Shown: positions 27,511 through 36,884 of the stretch, piece after piece
How the letters are laid out: the number at the start of each line of letters is the position of its first letter
Position numbering within the stretch: position 1 is the first letter of the stretch
From: Candidatus Latescibacterota bacterium
GTDB lineage: Bacteria; Latescibacterota; UBA2968; GCA-2709665
Direction: 5' to 3'
Assembly (NCBI GenBank): GCA_963662665.2
Contig: CAXXJS010000050.1
Span: forward strand, 1-64,000
DNA length: 64,000 nucleotides
Made by a program: the position numbers and the translations under genes
The notes under the pieces: model-generated
What the model was told of the DNA's origin: nothing
The model's input: only the letters and a program-made list of their open reading frames with translations
Databases searched by the model: none

Positions 27511-28749
27511 TTGAACCTCAATATGCGATTCCTTTGCCGGGCGGGCATTCCCGTGCTCGCGCTTCTTGTATTGGGCAGTCTCGTATTCACACCCCCGGAG
27601 GTGTACGCCGCAAAAAAGAAGATAACAAAGGGCGATGCCAAAATAGCCAAGCGGTCCGCCCATCTCTACATCAGCCAGCGGCTGTTCGACAAGGCCCTCG
27701 CCCAGTTGCTGATTGTTATCGAAGGCGATTCGAACGACGTACAGGCGCACTTCATGCTGGGGGAGATTTACTCCGAGAAGAACATGCAGGACGAGATGAG
27801 GAAGGAATTCGAGTGGGTACTCGCAACCAGGAAAGGGAAGAAAAAATACGCCAAGAAAATCCAGCCGTATCTGGATATGTGGTGGAGCCGCAACTACAAT
27901 AGCGCCGTTCGCGCGATCGGCGCCGAAGACTACGGCGCGGCCATCGAATCTCTTCAGAAATCCATCGCCCTGGCGCCGGAGAAGCCCATGTCCTACCAGG
28001 CGCTGGGGGTGACCTACCTGAACATGGGCCAGGCCCAGGCCGGAATCGACGCCTATTTGAAAGCGGTCGAACTCGACAGCACCGAAGCCTCCTCGTTTGT
28101 CAATCTGGGCCGGGCATATATGAACCTCAAGAAGTACGAAGAAGCGAGAGAGTGTTTCGCCCAGGCCCATAAACTGGTTCCCGACAATGCCGGTTATCTG
28201 AACGACCTTGCCCGCGCCCAACAATACGTGGGCGACAAGGCGGCCGCTCTCGAATCCGCCGAGAAGGCCCTGGCCATCGACCCCGAGAATCTGGACGTAT
28301 TGATAATGGCCGGTCAGATGCACCTGATGGGAGGCAATTACGAGAAAGCGGCCGAACTCCTGGAAAGGGTGGCCGTGCAGCGGCCGGAAGACGTCGATAC
28401 GCTGTTCAACCTCGCGGAATGCTACAGGAATCTGGGCAGAACCGAGGAGGCCGTCAACCTGTTCCTGAAGAGTGTCCAGGCCAATCCACAGGACTCCGAC
28501 GCGTGGTTTCGTCTGGGTCGAATTTACGAAAAACAGGGCAGGTACCAGGACTCCATCGATGCCCTCAAGATGGTTGTCAGTCTGAAGGCCACCAGCGTAC
28601 AGGGATGGCAGGCACTGTCCCGGTCGTGGGCCCTGCTTTCGAAGGAACAGTCAGACGCGGGTATGGACGATGCGGCCTCGGAAAGCGCAAGGAATGCCGA
28701 AGAGGCGTACAATATGAGTACGAGCCTGGAGGAGCAGGCGGGTGAGTGA
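27511..28749 (+). CDS. Exported tetratricopeptide repeat protein
   Basis: Signal peptide (VYA) and multiple TPRs (YQALGVTY, FVNLGRAY, LFNLAECY, WFRLGRIY). Confidence 0.88.
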   Translation: MNLNMRFLCRAGIPVLALLVLGSLVFTPPEVYAAKKKITKGDAKIAKRSAHLYISQRLFDKALAQLLIVIEGDSNDVQAHFMLGEIYSEKNMQDEMRKEFEWVLATRKGKKKYAKKIQPYLDMWWSRNYNSAVRAIGAEDYGAAIESLQKSIALAPEKPMSYQALGVTYLNMGQAQAGIDAYLKAVELDSTEASSFVNLGRAYMNLKKYEEARECFAQAHKLVPDNAGYLNDLARAQQYVGDKAAALESAEKALAIDPENLDVLIMAGQMHLMGGNYEKAAELLERVAVQRPEDVDTLFNLAECYRNLGRTEEAVNLFLKSVQANPQDSDAWFRLGRIYEKQGRYQDSIDALKMVVSLKATSVQGWQALSRSWALLSKEQSDAGMDDAASESARNAEEAYNMSTSLEEQAGE

Positions 28750-28779
28750 ACCGGATAGGTCGCCAGGAGAAGATAGCCG

Positions 28780-29790
28780 ATGTATCTGACAGACGAAAAA
28801 GTAGCCGTTCTGGGCGCGGCCGGAGCCATCGGCTCAAATCTCGCTCAGACCCTGCTGGCATCGGGAACCGCCGGCAGGGTTTCCATGTACGACCCGTTCG
28901 AACCGGGTTTGGAAGGCGCCGCCGAGGAAATCTACCACTGTGGTTTTCCTGGCGCCAACGTCACCTGGACCGCGGATATCGCCGAAGCGCTTTCCGGAGC
29001 CGCCTATGTTATCAGTTCGGGCGGCGCGCCCAGAAAAGAGGGGATGACCCGCGAAGACCTCACCCGTGACAACGGACTGATTGCCAAACAGCTCGGTCTC
29101 GACGTCAAACGGTATTGTCCGGACTGCAAGTTCGTCATCATCATTTTCAACCCCGCCGATATCACCGGGCTCTGCACGCTGGTGCACTCCGGGCTTCCCG
29201 CGGGAAGGGTTTCCACGCTGGCCGCACTGGACAGCACGCGGCTCCAGACCGCCCTCGCCCAGCATTTCAGGATCCGGCAGGACCGGGTAACAGGCTGCAA
29301 GACCTACGGCGGTCATGGCGAATCCATGGCGGTATTCACGAGCGGAACCGCGGTCTGCGGCATTCCCCTTACGGAGATCCTGGAGGGCAAGACCGTAAAC
29401 GGCATCGGCCTGACCACCGATGCGTGGAGCGGTATCCGGTCCCACGTGACGGGCGGCGGGGCCCGCATCATTCAATTGCGCGGGCGATCCTCCTTCCAGT
29501 CTCCCGCCCAGCAGAGCGTTTTCATGCTGCGGGGGCTGTTCGGCGAACCGTACGACTGGCCGTGCGGCGCGTACGTGAACAATGCCGAGTTCAGAAACAT
29601 CATGATGGCCATGCCGGCGTCTCTTTCGGCCGATGGCGTGACCTGCAGCATGCCGGACGGCACGGAGGAAGACCTTGGGGCATTGAGAGACTCCTACGGG
29701 CACCTCGTGGGACTTCGGGACGAGATCATTCGCGAGGGCATCCTGCCGCCGCTTTCCGAATGGGGGAGCAGCAACCCGAATCTGGCATAG
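28780..29790 (+). CDS. mdh: Malate dehydrogenase
   Basis: GAAGAIGS, GAPRKEGMTREDL, FNPAD, LDSTRL, GGHGE, RGRSSFQSP. Confidence 0.92.
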   Translation: MYLTDEKVAVLGAAGAIGSNLAQTLLASGTAGRVSMYDPFEPGLEGAAEEIYHCGFPGANVTWTADIAEALSGAAYVISSGGAPRKEGMTREDLTRDNGLIAKQLGLDVKRYCPDCKFVIIIFNPADITGLCTLVHSGLPAGRVSTLAALDSTRLQTALAQHFRIRQDRVTGCKTYGGHGESMAVFTSGTAVCGIPLTEILEGKTVNGIGLTTDAWSGIRSHVTGGGARIIQLRGRSSFQSPAQQSVFMLRGLFGEPYDWPCGAYVNNAEFRNIMMAMPASLSADGVTCSMPDGTEEDLGALRDSYGHLVGLRDEIIREGILPPLSEWGSSNPNLA

Positions 29791-29932
29791 TGTATGGAAC
29801 AATGTCGCACGTCCAGGGGGCGCCCGTCGGGTTGCCCCTTTTCGTTTGCCGCGATGCGGCGTTTTCGTTATTTTCCCGCCACGTCCCGCCGTCCACGGAT
29901 TGCTTCTCATTTCCTACTCGTCGAGGAAACCC

Positions 29933-31081
29933 CTGCCCGCCCAATACGACATGCTCATTAAAGGCGGTACGGTTATAGACCCGGCGCAGGATCTGCACGC
30001 CGTCCGGGACGTGGCCATAGCGGGCGGGCACATTGCCGCAGTGAACGTTGAAATCTACGAGGAGACGGCGCAGACCGTGATCGATGCCGCCGGCTACCTG
30101 GTGACGCCCGGCCTGATCGATCTGCACGTCCACGTCTGGTGGGGGGTATCGCATTACGGCGTCGAGCCTGACTCCACGTGCCTGGCCAGAGGCGTGACCA
30201 CCGTTTATGACACCGGTTCATCGGGCGCCGACACGTTTCCCGGATTCAAGAAATACGTGATCAACGCCAGCGCCACCCGCATCAAGGCCTTCCTGCACGT
30301 CTCGTCCCAGGGCCTGTTGTCGCCAGGCATAGGCGAACTCACCGACCTCCGGTTCGCCGACGTGGGCCGCGCCGCAGGGATGTGTGAAGAACACAAAGAC
30401 GACATTGTAGGCGTCAAAATCCGAATGTCGAGAAGCCTCGTCGGCGAGAATGGCAAAGAGTGCCTGAAGCGGGCGCGCCAGGTTTGCGACGCCACCGGTC
30501 TCCCGCTGATGATCCATCCAAACGCCAGTCCTGTCTCTTTCGAAGACATGATGGACGAACTGCGCCCGGGAGACATCGTCACCCACTGCTTTCATAGGAG
30601 CGACACAGGCATTCTGGACGAATCAGGCGTGGTCCGACCCGCCGCCCGCAGTGCCGCTCAAAACGGGATCCTGTTCGACGTGGGCCACGGCCAGGGCAGC
30701 TTTTCGTTCGACGTTGCCGAGGCGGCGATGTCCCAGGGTTTTCCCCCCGGCACCATTTCCAGCGACCTCCATGCCTACAATCTGAACGGGCCCGTTTACG
30801 ACCTCGTCACCACGGTTTCCAAATTTCTCGTATTGGGCCTTTCGCTGGATGAGGCCATTGAGAAAGTAACCGCGGCCCCCGCCCGTGCGATGAGCGCGCT
30901 TGGCGAAATCGGCACCTTGCGTCCCGGCGCGACGGCGGACCTCGCCATCCTCGAACTCCGGACGGGCAGCTTCGCCTTCAACGATACCCGCGGCGGGACC
31001 CGTTCGGCCAGGGAGAAACTCGAAACGGTTTCCACCATCAGAGGCGGCCGGCTGTACGCGCCGTCTGCTTTCGACGATTGA
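29933..31081 (+). CDS. Amidohydrolase/deacetylase family metallohydrolase (dihydroorotase-like)
   Basis: PGLIDLHVH, GVKIR, MIH, THCF, DVGHGQGSF, ISSDLH; start either CTG 29933 (has RBS) or ATG 29951. Confidence 0.9.
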   Translation: MPAQYDMLIKGGTVIDPAQDLHAVRDVAIAGGHIAAVNVEIYEETAQTVIDAAGYLVTPGLIDLHVHVWWGVSHYGVEPDSTCLARGVTTVYDTGSSGADTFPGFKKYVINASATRIKAFLHVSSQGLLSPGIGELTDLRFADVGRAAGMCEEHKDDIVGVKIRMSRSLVGENGKECLKRARQVCDATGLPLMIHPNASPVSFEDMMDELRPGDIVTHCFHRSDTGILDESGVVRPAARSAAQNGILFDVGHGQGSFSFDVAEAAMSQGFPPGTISSDLHAYNLNGPVYDLVTTVSKFLVLGLSLDEAIEKVTAAPARAMSALGEIGTLRPGATADLAILELRTGSFAFNDTRGGTRSAREKLETVSTIRGGRLYAPSAFDD

Positions 31082-31097
31082 ACCGGAGACGACCCGC

Positions 31098-31880
31098 ATG
31101 AATATCATGGTATTGTGCGACCTGGAAGGCGCCGCCGGCGTCGTGGACTTCCACACCCAGACATACGACAACACGCGGTACAATGACCAGGCGAAGAATC
31201 TGTCAACCCTGGAAATCAACGCGCTGGTGGACGGGGCCCTTGAGGGAGGTGCGGAACAGGTGATCGTCCTGGACGGACACGGCAGCGGCGGTATCAACGT
31301 CGAACTGATCCACTACGAAGCCAGGGTGATGTTCGGCCGTCCGCTGATCTCCGCGTGGGACCTCGGCATCGACTTCAAGGCCATGTTTCTGTACGGGCAC
31401 CATGCCATGGAAAACACGCCCAGGGGTGTGCTGTGCCACAGCTGGAGTTCGCGCGATATTGCCAATTGCTGGCTGAACGGAGAGCTCATCGGCGAAATCG
31501 GGTTCAATATCGCCCATGCAGGGGAGGCCGGCGTGCCCACCGCGTACATCAGTGGAGACCTTGCCGCGATCGACGAAGCGAGAGAGTACGTCGGTAATAT
31601 CGAAGGCGTCGTCGTCAAGGAAGGGCTCAGCCGGACCGCGGCGCTCACGCTTTCTCCCGCAAAGGCCCGGGACCTGATCCGCGACGGGGCAAAGAGGGCA
31701 ATGGACCGTATCGGAGAGTTCGTCCCGTACACCGTTCCGGGTCCCTACGCCTTTGTCACCGAGTATCAGGCCGCGTCCAGCGCGGCGTCGAAAGCCTCGC
31801 GCCGCGACGTTGAACGCATCGATACGCACACCGTCAGAATAACCGGCGATACACTCGCCGAGATCGCCGAAAAACGATAA
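31098..31880 (+). CDS. Peptidase M55 (D-aminopeptidase DppA-like)
   Basis: DLEG, DGHG, GHHA, LCHSWS, IGE, SGD, VVVKEG. Confidence 0.9.
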   Translation: MNIMVLCDLEGAAGVVDFHTQTYDNTRYNDQAKNLSTLEINALVDGALEGGAEQVIVLDGHGSGGINVELIHYEARVMFGRPLISAWDLGIDFKAMFLYGHHAMENTPRGVLCHSWSSRDIANCWLNGELIGEIGFNIAHAGEAGVPTAYISGDLAAIDEAREYVGNIEGVVVKEGLSRTAALTLSPAKARDLIRDGAKRAMDRIGEFVPYTVPGPYAFVTEYQAASSAASKASRRDVERIDTHTVRITGDTLAEIAEKR

Positions 31881-31903
31881 CCGCGCGATTCAAGGAATGT
31901 TAA

Positions 31904-33001
31904 ATGAGCTACTCTCCCGTCGGGATCGAAAAGTGGGACCTGGATACGCCGGCCCTGATGCTCGACCTGGACCTATTGGAGAACAACATCGCCCGAATCG
32001 CCGCCCGGTGCAAAGCCTGCGGCGTTCGCTGGCGTCCGCATACCAAGGGAAACAAGACCCCGGCCATTGCGCACAAACTGCTGGACGCCGGCGCCATCGG
32101 CATTACCTGCGCCAAGCTTGGTGAGGCCGAAGTCATGGCCGCGTCGGGAATCAAGGATATCCTGGTTGCCAACCAGGTCGTGGGCGAAAGAAAAATGGCC
32201 CGTCTGACCCACCTGCAGCGGCATGCAGACGTTATGGTCGCCGTCGATCACCCCGTCCACGTCAACATGATATCGGAAGCGGCGCAGGCCGTCGGTGTCA
32301 GCGTTCGGGTCCTTGTCGAGCTGGACGTAGGGATGGGGCGTTGCGGGGTAGGGGCGGGGAAACCCGCCCTGGAACTGGCGCAACGGGCCCATGCTGCGCC
32401 CGGCGTGGTATTCTCGGGCCTGATGGGCTACGAGGGTCAGGCGATGGATCTGCCCGACGCGCGGAAGGAAGCCGCCTGCGCCGAGGCCATCGCCCATCTT
32501 GCGGTATCGCGGGAGCGCATTGAGGCGTTCGGCATCGAATGCCCGATCGTCAGCGCGGGGGGAACCGGAACGCTGGCCTACACGCCGGCCTGCCCGGGCC
32601 TCACCGAAATCCAGGCCGGCGGCGGCATTATGATGGACACCTTCTACGCCACGTCGCTTGGCGTCAGAGGACTGGATCATGCCCTCTCCATTCTTGCCAC
32701 CGTGGTCAGCCGCCCTGCGCCGGACCGCGCCTATATCGACGCCGGTCGTAAAACCACGTCCTCCCAGTTCGGCATGCCCTGGGTCAAAAGCAGGGATGAC
32801 ATCGACGTCGTCGGCCTTTCCGCGGAACACGGTTACCTGGAACTCAAGGGCGCCGACCACCCATTGAGAATCGGCGACAAGATCGAACTCATTTCCGGTT
32901 ACAGCGACATGACGGTTTTCATGCACAACGAGATCTACGGCATTCGGAACGACCGGGTGGAAGCCGTGTGGGAAATCCTCGGCAGGGGTAAATTGCAATA
33001 A
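31904..33001 (+). CDS. Fold-type III PLP enzyme, D-threonine aldolase/DSD1 family
   Basis: LDTPAL, RPHTK, GLMGYEG, SAGGTG, EIQAG, DAGRK, LSAEHG. Confidence 0.9.
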   Translation: MSYSPVGIEKWDLDTPALMLDLDLLENNIARIAARCKACGVRWRPHTKGNKTPAIAHKLLDAGAIGITCAKLGEAEVMAASGIKDILVANQVVGERKMARLTHLQRHADVMVAVDHPVHVNMISEAAQAVGVSVRVLVELDVGMGRCGVGAGKPALELAQRAHAAPGVVFSGLMGYEGQAMDLPDARKEAACAEAIAHLAVSRERIEAFGIECPIVSAGGTGTLAYTPACPGLTEIQAGGGIMMDTFYATSLGVRGLDHALSILATVVSRPAPDRAYIDAGRKTTSSQFGMPWVKSRDDIDVVGLSAEHGYLELKGADHPLRIGDKIELISGYSDMTVFMHNEIYGIRNDRVEAVWEILGRGKLQ

Positions 33002-33097
33002 ACGAACAGGCGCCGCCCGGGTTCGGTGCCTCGTTGAAAGACGTTGCGCCCGCCGTGTTATCCCGGACGCCAATACGCCAATCAAGGGACAATCGAG

Positions 33098-33304
33098 ATG
33101 ACTGAGCCGCGTGTCGTGGTGGACCAGGCCGGCAACAGCGTCGCCGTCATGCTGGACATCCGCGAATACAATCGCCTCCTGGAGGCATCCGAACAGCTGG
33201 AATCCCTTCATGCACAGGAAGGTGACATGGCGTCCGGGTCGGACTACACCCCGGAAGAGAAAAAGGCGCTGGAAGACCGGCTCAAGTCTCTGGGCTATCT
33301 CTGA
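33098..33304 (+). CDS. Small hypothetical protein ending in the EE..L..RLxxLGYL motif
   Basis: MTEPRVVVDQAGNSVAVMLDIREYNRLLE...DYTPEEKKALEDRLKSLGYL; AAGGGA upstream. Confidence 0.75.
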   Translation: MTEPRVVVDQAGNSVAVMLDIREYNRLLEASEQLESLHAQEGDMASGSDYTPEEKKALEDRLKSLGYL

Positions 33305-33354
33305 GTGTCCCTTTTTGTCCCACGTCTTCGATCCATCTCCCGTGGCGAGACCGT

Positions 33355-33942
33355 ATGAGTACCGTAGTCGATTCCGATACGATTGTGGTCGTTTCCGGCC
33401 TGCCCCGATCGGGCACTTCGATGATGATGCAGATGCTTGAAGCGGGCGGAATGGACGTCCTGTCGGACGGGCTGAGAACCGCCGACGAAGACAATCGCAA
33501 GGGGTATTTCGAATACGAGAGCGTCAAGGCGCTGAAGACGGATCAAAGCTGGCTGCCCGAGGCCGGGGGCAAGGCCGTCAAGATCATCTCCGAACTATTG
33601 AAGTACCTTCCCGATACGCATACGTACCGCATTATATTCATGCAGCGGGCAATGGAGGAAATCCTCGCCTCGCAACGGCAGATGCTGATCCGGAGGGGCG
33701 CGCCGGCAGGAGCCGGGACAGGAGACGACGGGATGGCGCGTATCTTCCGCAAACATCTGGATCAGACGGAAACCTGGCTGTCCGATCGTCCGGGCTTCCG
33801 TACCCTTTATGCGGAACATCGGCAGATTCTGGCGGATCCGGCCCGGGAGGCCGCCCGTATCAATGCGTTTCTCGACCATCGCCTCGATGAAGCGGCCATG
33901 GCCGCCGCCATAGACGCTTCTCTCTATCGCCAGCGTCGTTAG
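33355..33942 (+). CDS. Sulfotransferase family protein
   Basis: 5'-PSB loop VVSGLPRSGTSMMMQML, NRKGYFE, IIFMQR..EILASQ. Confidence 0.88.
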   Translation: MSTVVDSDTIVVVSGLPRSGTSMMMQMLEAGGMDVLSDGLRTADEDNRKGYFEYESVKALKTDQSWLPEAGGKAVKIISELLKYLPDTHTYRIIFMQRAMEEILASQRQMLIRRGAPAGAGTGDDGMARIFRKHLDQTETWLSDRPGFRTLYAEHRQILADPAREAARINAFLDHRLDEAAMAAAIDASLYRQRR

Positions 33943-34029
33943 ATTCGCAACTACCCTGCAATAACCCATCCAGGCGGCCCGTACGGGTCGCCTTCTTCTT
34001 TCCCTGTCAATCCGCTCCACGCGGGGCCG

Positions 34030-34386
34030 GACCTACCCCCGTTCCCCCTTCCCAGGGGAAGGGGGGAACTGTCATCGGTTGATGATCTCCCGGAACTTCA
34101 CCCCCTCTCCCCCGGGAGAGGGGGCCGGGGGGAGAGGTCCCGCGCCCTCACTGAATTTGTAGGGGCGACCGGCCGGTCGCCCTCATAATGGCGCTGATGA
34201 ACGTGATTGACGGCGCAGGGCCATTTACGTGTCCGACAGGGCGCGGTGTATCCTTCTTCCTTCTTCCTTCTTCCTTCTCCCTTCTTCCTTCTTCCTTCTT
34301 CCTTCTCCCTTCTTCCTTCTCCCTTCTTCCTTCTCCCTTCTTCCTCATTACCGTCTTTCCCTTTGTGTCTTCGTGTCTTTGTGTGA
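34030..34386. repeat. Intergenic repeat mosaic: CCCCTCTCCC/GGGAGAGGGG palindromes, a GTAG-REP, ~13 x (T/C)CCTTCT heptamers (34251-34345) and CTT(T/C)GTGT-type short repeats
   Basis: Read directly from the sequence; a similar CTTCGTGT cluster lies at 931-958. Confidence 0.85.
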
Positions 34387-34613
34387 ATCGGAGTTTCGGT
34401 TTGTTCGGGCTAGCCGAATGTCGTTCATGTTCACAAGTGTGGACGAAACACAACAGGAGAGCCGTCCTATGTGAATACATATCTTATTGTTTATAAATAT
34501 CTTGTGAATTTGGCACGCTGTTTGCATATATCTGCTGGTGCAACAGTGACCACACAAAACGGAATCACGTTTGTTTGCGAAGCTTCTCTACCTTCCGGGT
34601 CTATGGAGCCTCC

Positions 34614-35978
34614 ATGAATAGCCTGCACAAATTTGGATCGGGCCTGCTTCTTTGGGTTTTCCTTAGCGGTTGCGCCACGTACACCCACAACGCCGCCAAT
34701 TTCAGGAGCAGCCTCGTCGACGGACACTACGAAACCGCGCTGCAAAGCCTGGGCAAGGCCAGGAAGGGTCCGGCGCGTCTGCTCTATCTTATGGAGAACG
34801 GTCTTATTGCGCATTACAGGGGCGAATACCGCGCGTCCAACCGTTTCTTCGAAGTTGCGGAGCGGCTCTCTGACCGGCTCTTTACACGTTCCCTGTCCCG
34901 CGAGGCGGTTTCGCTGGTTACCAACGATCAGGTACGCGCCTATCGCGGCGAGGAATTCGAACTCGCATTCATCAACTATTACAGAGCGCTCAACTACTGG
35001 TATCTGAACGAGCCGGAAGACGCCCTTGTGGAGTGCCGCAAGGCCAACCTGAAACTGGACCGCTTTGCCGCCCGCGCCGATTACGACGCCACGTACAGGA
35101 ACGATGCCTTCATTCACTATGTGACCGGCCTTATTTACGAAACCACCGGCGAACTCAACGACGCCTACGTGTCCTATAGGAACGCATTGGATGCCTACGT
35201 TACGTATCAAGAGGCATTTGGCCTGGAAGCGCCCGCGTCCCTGAGGAGAGATCTGGCGCGCGTTGAGAAAGCCCTGGGTTATACCGAGGACCCGGACGAT
35301 GGCGCCGCTGCTGCAGATTTGCGCACACCCGCCGGCGGCGAACTGGTCCTCTTCTCGGAAATCGGTTTCGTGCCCCACAAAGTTCAGGAGGAAATCAGCC
35401 TGCCCATTTACGAAGGCGACCTCAAAGCAAGAAAAAAAGGCCGCGTGGAAGGCGTCTCACGAAAAATCGCGCACCGCCACTTCAAACCCCACTATGCCGG
35501 CAAATCGAAAGTCAAATACTGGCTGCGCGTGGCCCTGCCGGCGTACGAGGACGTCGCTCCGCGTACCCGGACCATCAGGGTCAGCGCTGCCGGACGTCAG
35601 ACCACAACTGCCCTGGCGGAAGACCTCTCCGCCATCGCCTGGCAGACATTTCAGGACAAACAACCCGTGATGCTTGCGCGTACGGTCGCGCGAGGTCTTG
35701 TCAAATACGCCGCTTCTGCCAAGGCGGAAGAGAAAAACAAGGTCCTCGGCTTTTTCGTCAATCTGCTCTCCGCCGCAACCGAGGCGGCCGATACCCGAAG
35801 CTGGGTCTCGCTGCCGCACAACGTGCAGATTGGCAGGCTCGTCCTGCCTGGCGGCACTCACACCCTCACGCTGGAATCGCTCGACAGTCGGGGGCGCGTC
35901 ATAGAAGCCGCAACCATTACGGATATACGTATCCGACCGGGAACCCGCACTTTCGTGAACTACCGAACGTATAAATAG
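34614..35978 (+). CDS. COG3014-like lipoprotein (TPR-like)
   Basis: Lipobox LSGC, YRGEEFE, ALVECRK, EAADTRSWVSLP. Confidence 0.82.
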   Translation: MNSLHKFGSGLLLWVFLSGCATYTHNAANFRSSLVDGHYETALQSLGKARKGPARLLYLMENGLIAHYRGEYRASNRFFEVAERLSDRLFTRSLSREAVSLVTNDQVRAYRGEEFELAFINYYRALNYWYLNEPEDALVECRKANLKLDRFAARADYDATYRNDAFIHYVTGLIYETTGELNDAYVSYRNALDAYVTYQEAFGLEAPASLRRDLARVEKALGYTEDPDDGAAAADLRTPAGGELVLFSEIGFVPHKVQEEISLPIYEGDLKARKKGRVEGVSRKIAHRHFKPHYAGKSKVKYWLRVALPAYEDVAPRTRTIRVSAAGRQTTTALAEDLSAIAWQTFQDKQPVMLARTVARGLVKYAASAKAEEKNKVLGFFVNLLSAATEAADTRSWVSLPHNVQIGRLVLPGGTHTLTLESLDSRGRVIEAATITDIRIRPGTRTFVNYRTYK

Positions 35979-36004
35979 TCACCGCAACCGAGAGGAGGAA
36001 CACC

Positions 36005-36805
36005 ATGAAGCGGCAAATCTGGATCTGTTTGACCCTGGCCCTCGCGGGGTGGAGCCAGGGGGGATGGGCGGCTGACGTTCCCACACGGGGCGCCGTTATC
36101 AACATCGTCACCTGGGACGGCAAGAACCTGCCGCCCATATACGAACGCTCCGACCAGCTTCCGCTCACCCTGGAAGACGTCATCAATCTCAGCAGGAATG
36201 ACTTTGGTGACGAAGCGATCAGCCGGATGGTTCGCGAGCGCCGGTTTGCGGGTAACGCGTCGGCCAACGCGCTGATCGAACTAAAAAAAGCAGGCGTTTC
36301 GAAGACGGTCCTTCAGGCGATCTCGCTCCATGCGCTGCCTCCGAACCGCGCGCTGAGCCTCGCAATTCAGCTCGAATTCGCCGGCCGGTCGCGAGAAGCC
36401 CGCAAACGGTATCTCTACGTAATCATACCCGACGGCCCCACCGAACGCATCTTCACCGCGGACCTGGGCGCAGTGCTGGCGGGGACCTGGCGGCGGGACG
36501 AGCGGGTGGACCTTACCGATCCCCTCCTGCCTAAACAGGTCCGGCGCATCACGTTTGCGGACCGGGTGCCGCTGAAGACGTCCGGGTCCAAAACGATGCA
36601 GGTCTTCACGTCGACCAGACCGGATATCTTCCAGTCGTCGGATATTCCCGAGGCCGATCGTGCCGGCGTGCGCGAATTCGCCTTCGACTATCCCGCGAGT
36701 TCGCCCTTGCAGGACTGCCGGCTGCAGGTGCGCTATCGCCAGGACGTCCTGTTGCCCTACAAGTGGCACATGTCGGGCGCTCATTTCCAATGCGAATGGA
36801 ATTGA
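36005..36805 (+). CDS. Hypothetical exported protein
   Basis: Signal peptide (GWA), GAGGAGG RBS, LTLEDVINL...LIELKKAGVS segment. Confidence 0.75.
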   Translation: MKRQIWICLTLALAGWSQGGWAADVPTRGAVINIVTWDGKNLPPIYERSDQLPLTLEDVINLSRNDFGDEAISRMVRERRFAGNASANALIELKKAGVSKTVLQAISLHALPPNRALSLAIQLEFAGRSREARKRYLYVIIPDGPTERIFTADLGAVLAGTWRRDERVDLTDPLLPKQVRRITFADRVPLKTSGSKTMQVFTSTRPDIFQSSDIPEADRAGVREFAFDYPASSPLQDCRLQVRYRQDVLLPYKWHMSGAHFQCEWN

Positions 36806-36884
36806 AATCGCAACCACCCGTGGGGATCAAAACGTGAAACGGCATTGCCGCCGCACCATCCATCATACCGAAAGGAGATTCGCC

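Noticed and set aside
34148-34496. Low-complexity ORFs (KKEEGRR / LLPSSF repeats)
   Set aside because: Translations of the heptamer tract in several frames, with no RBS or coding signal.
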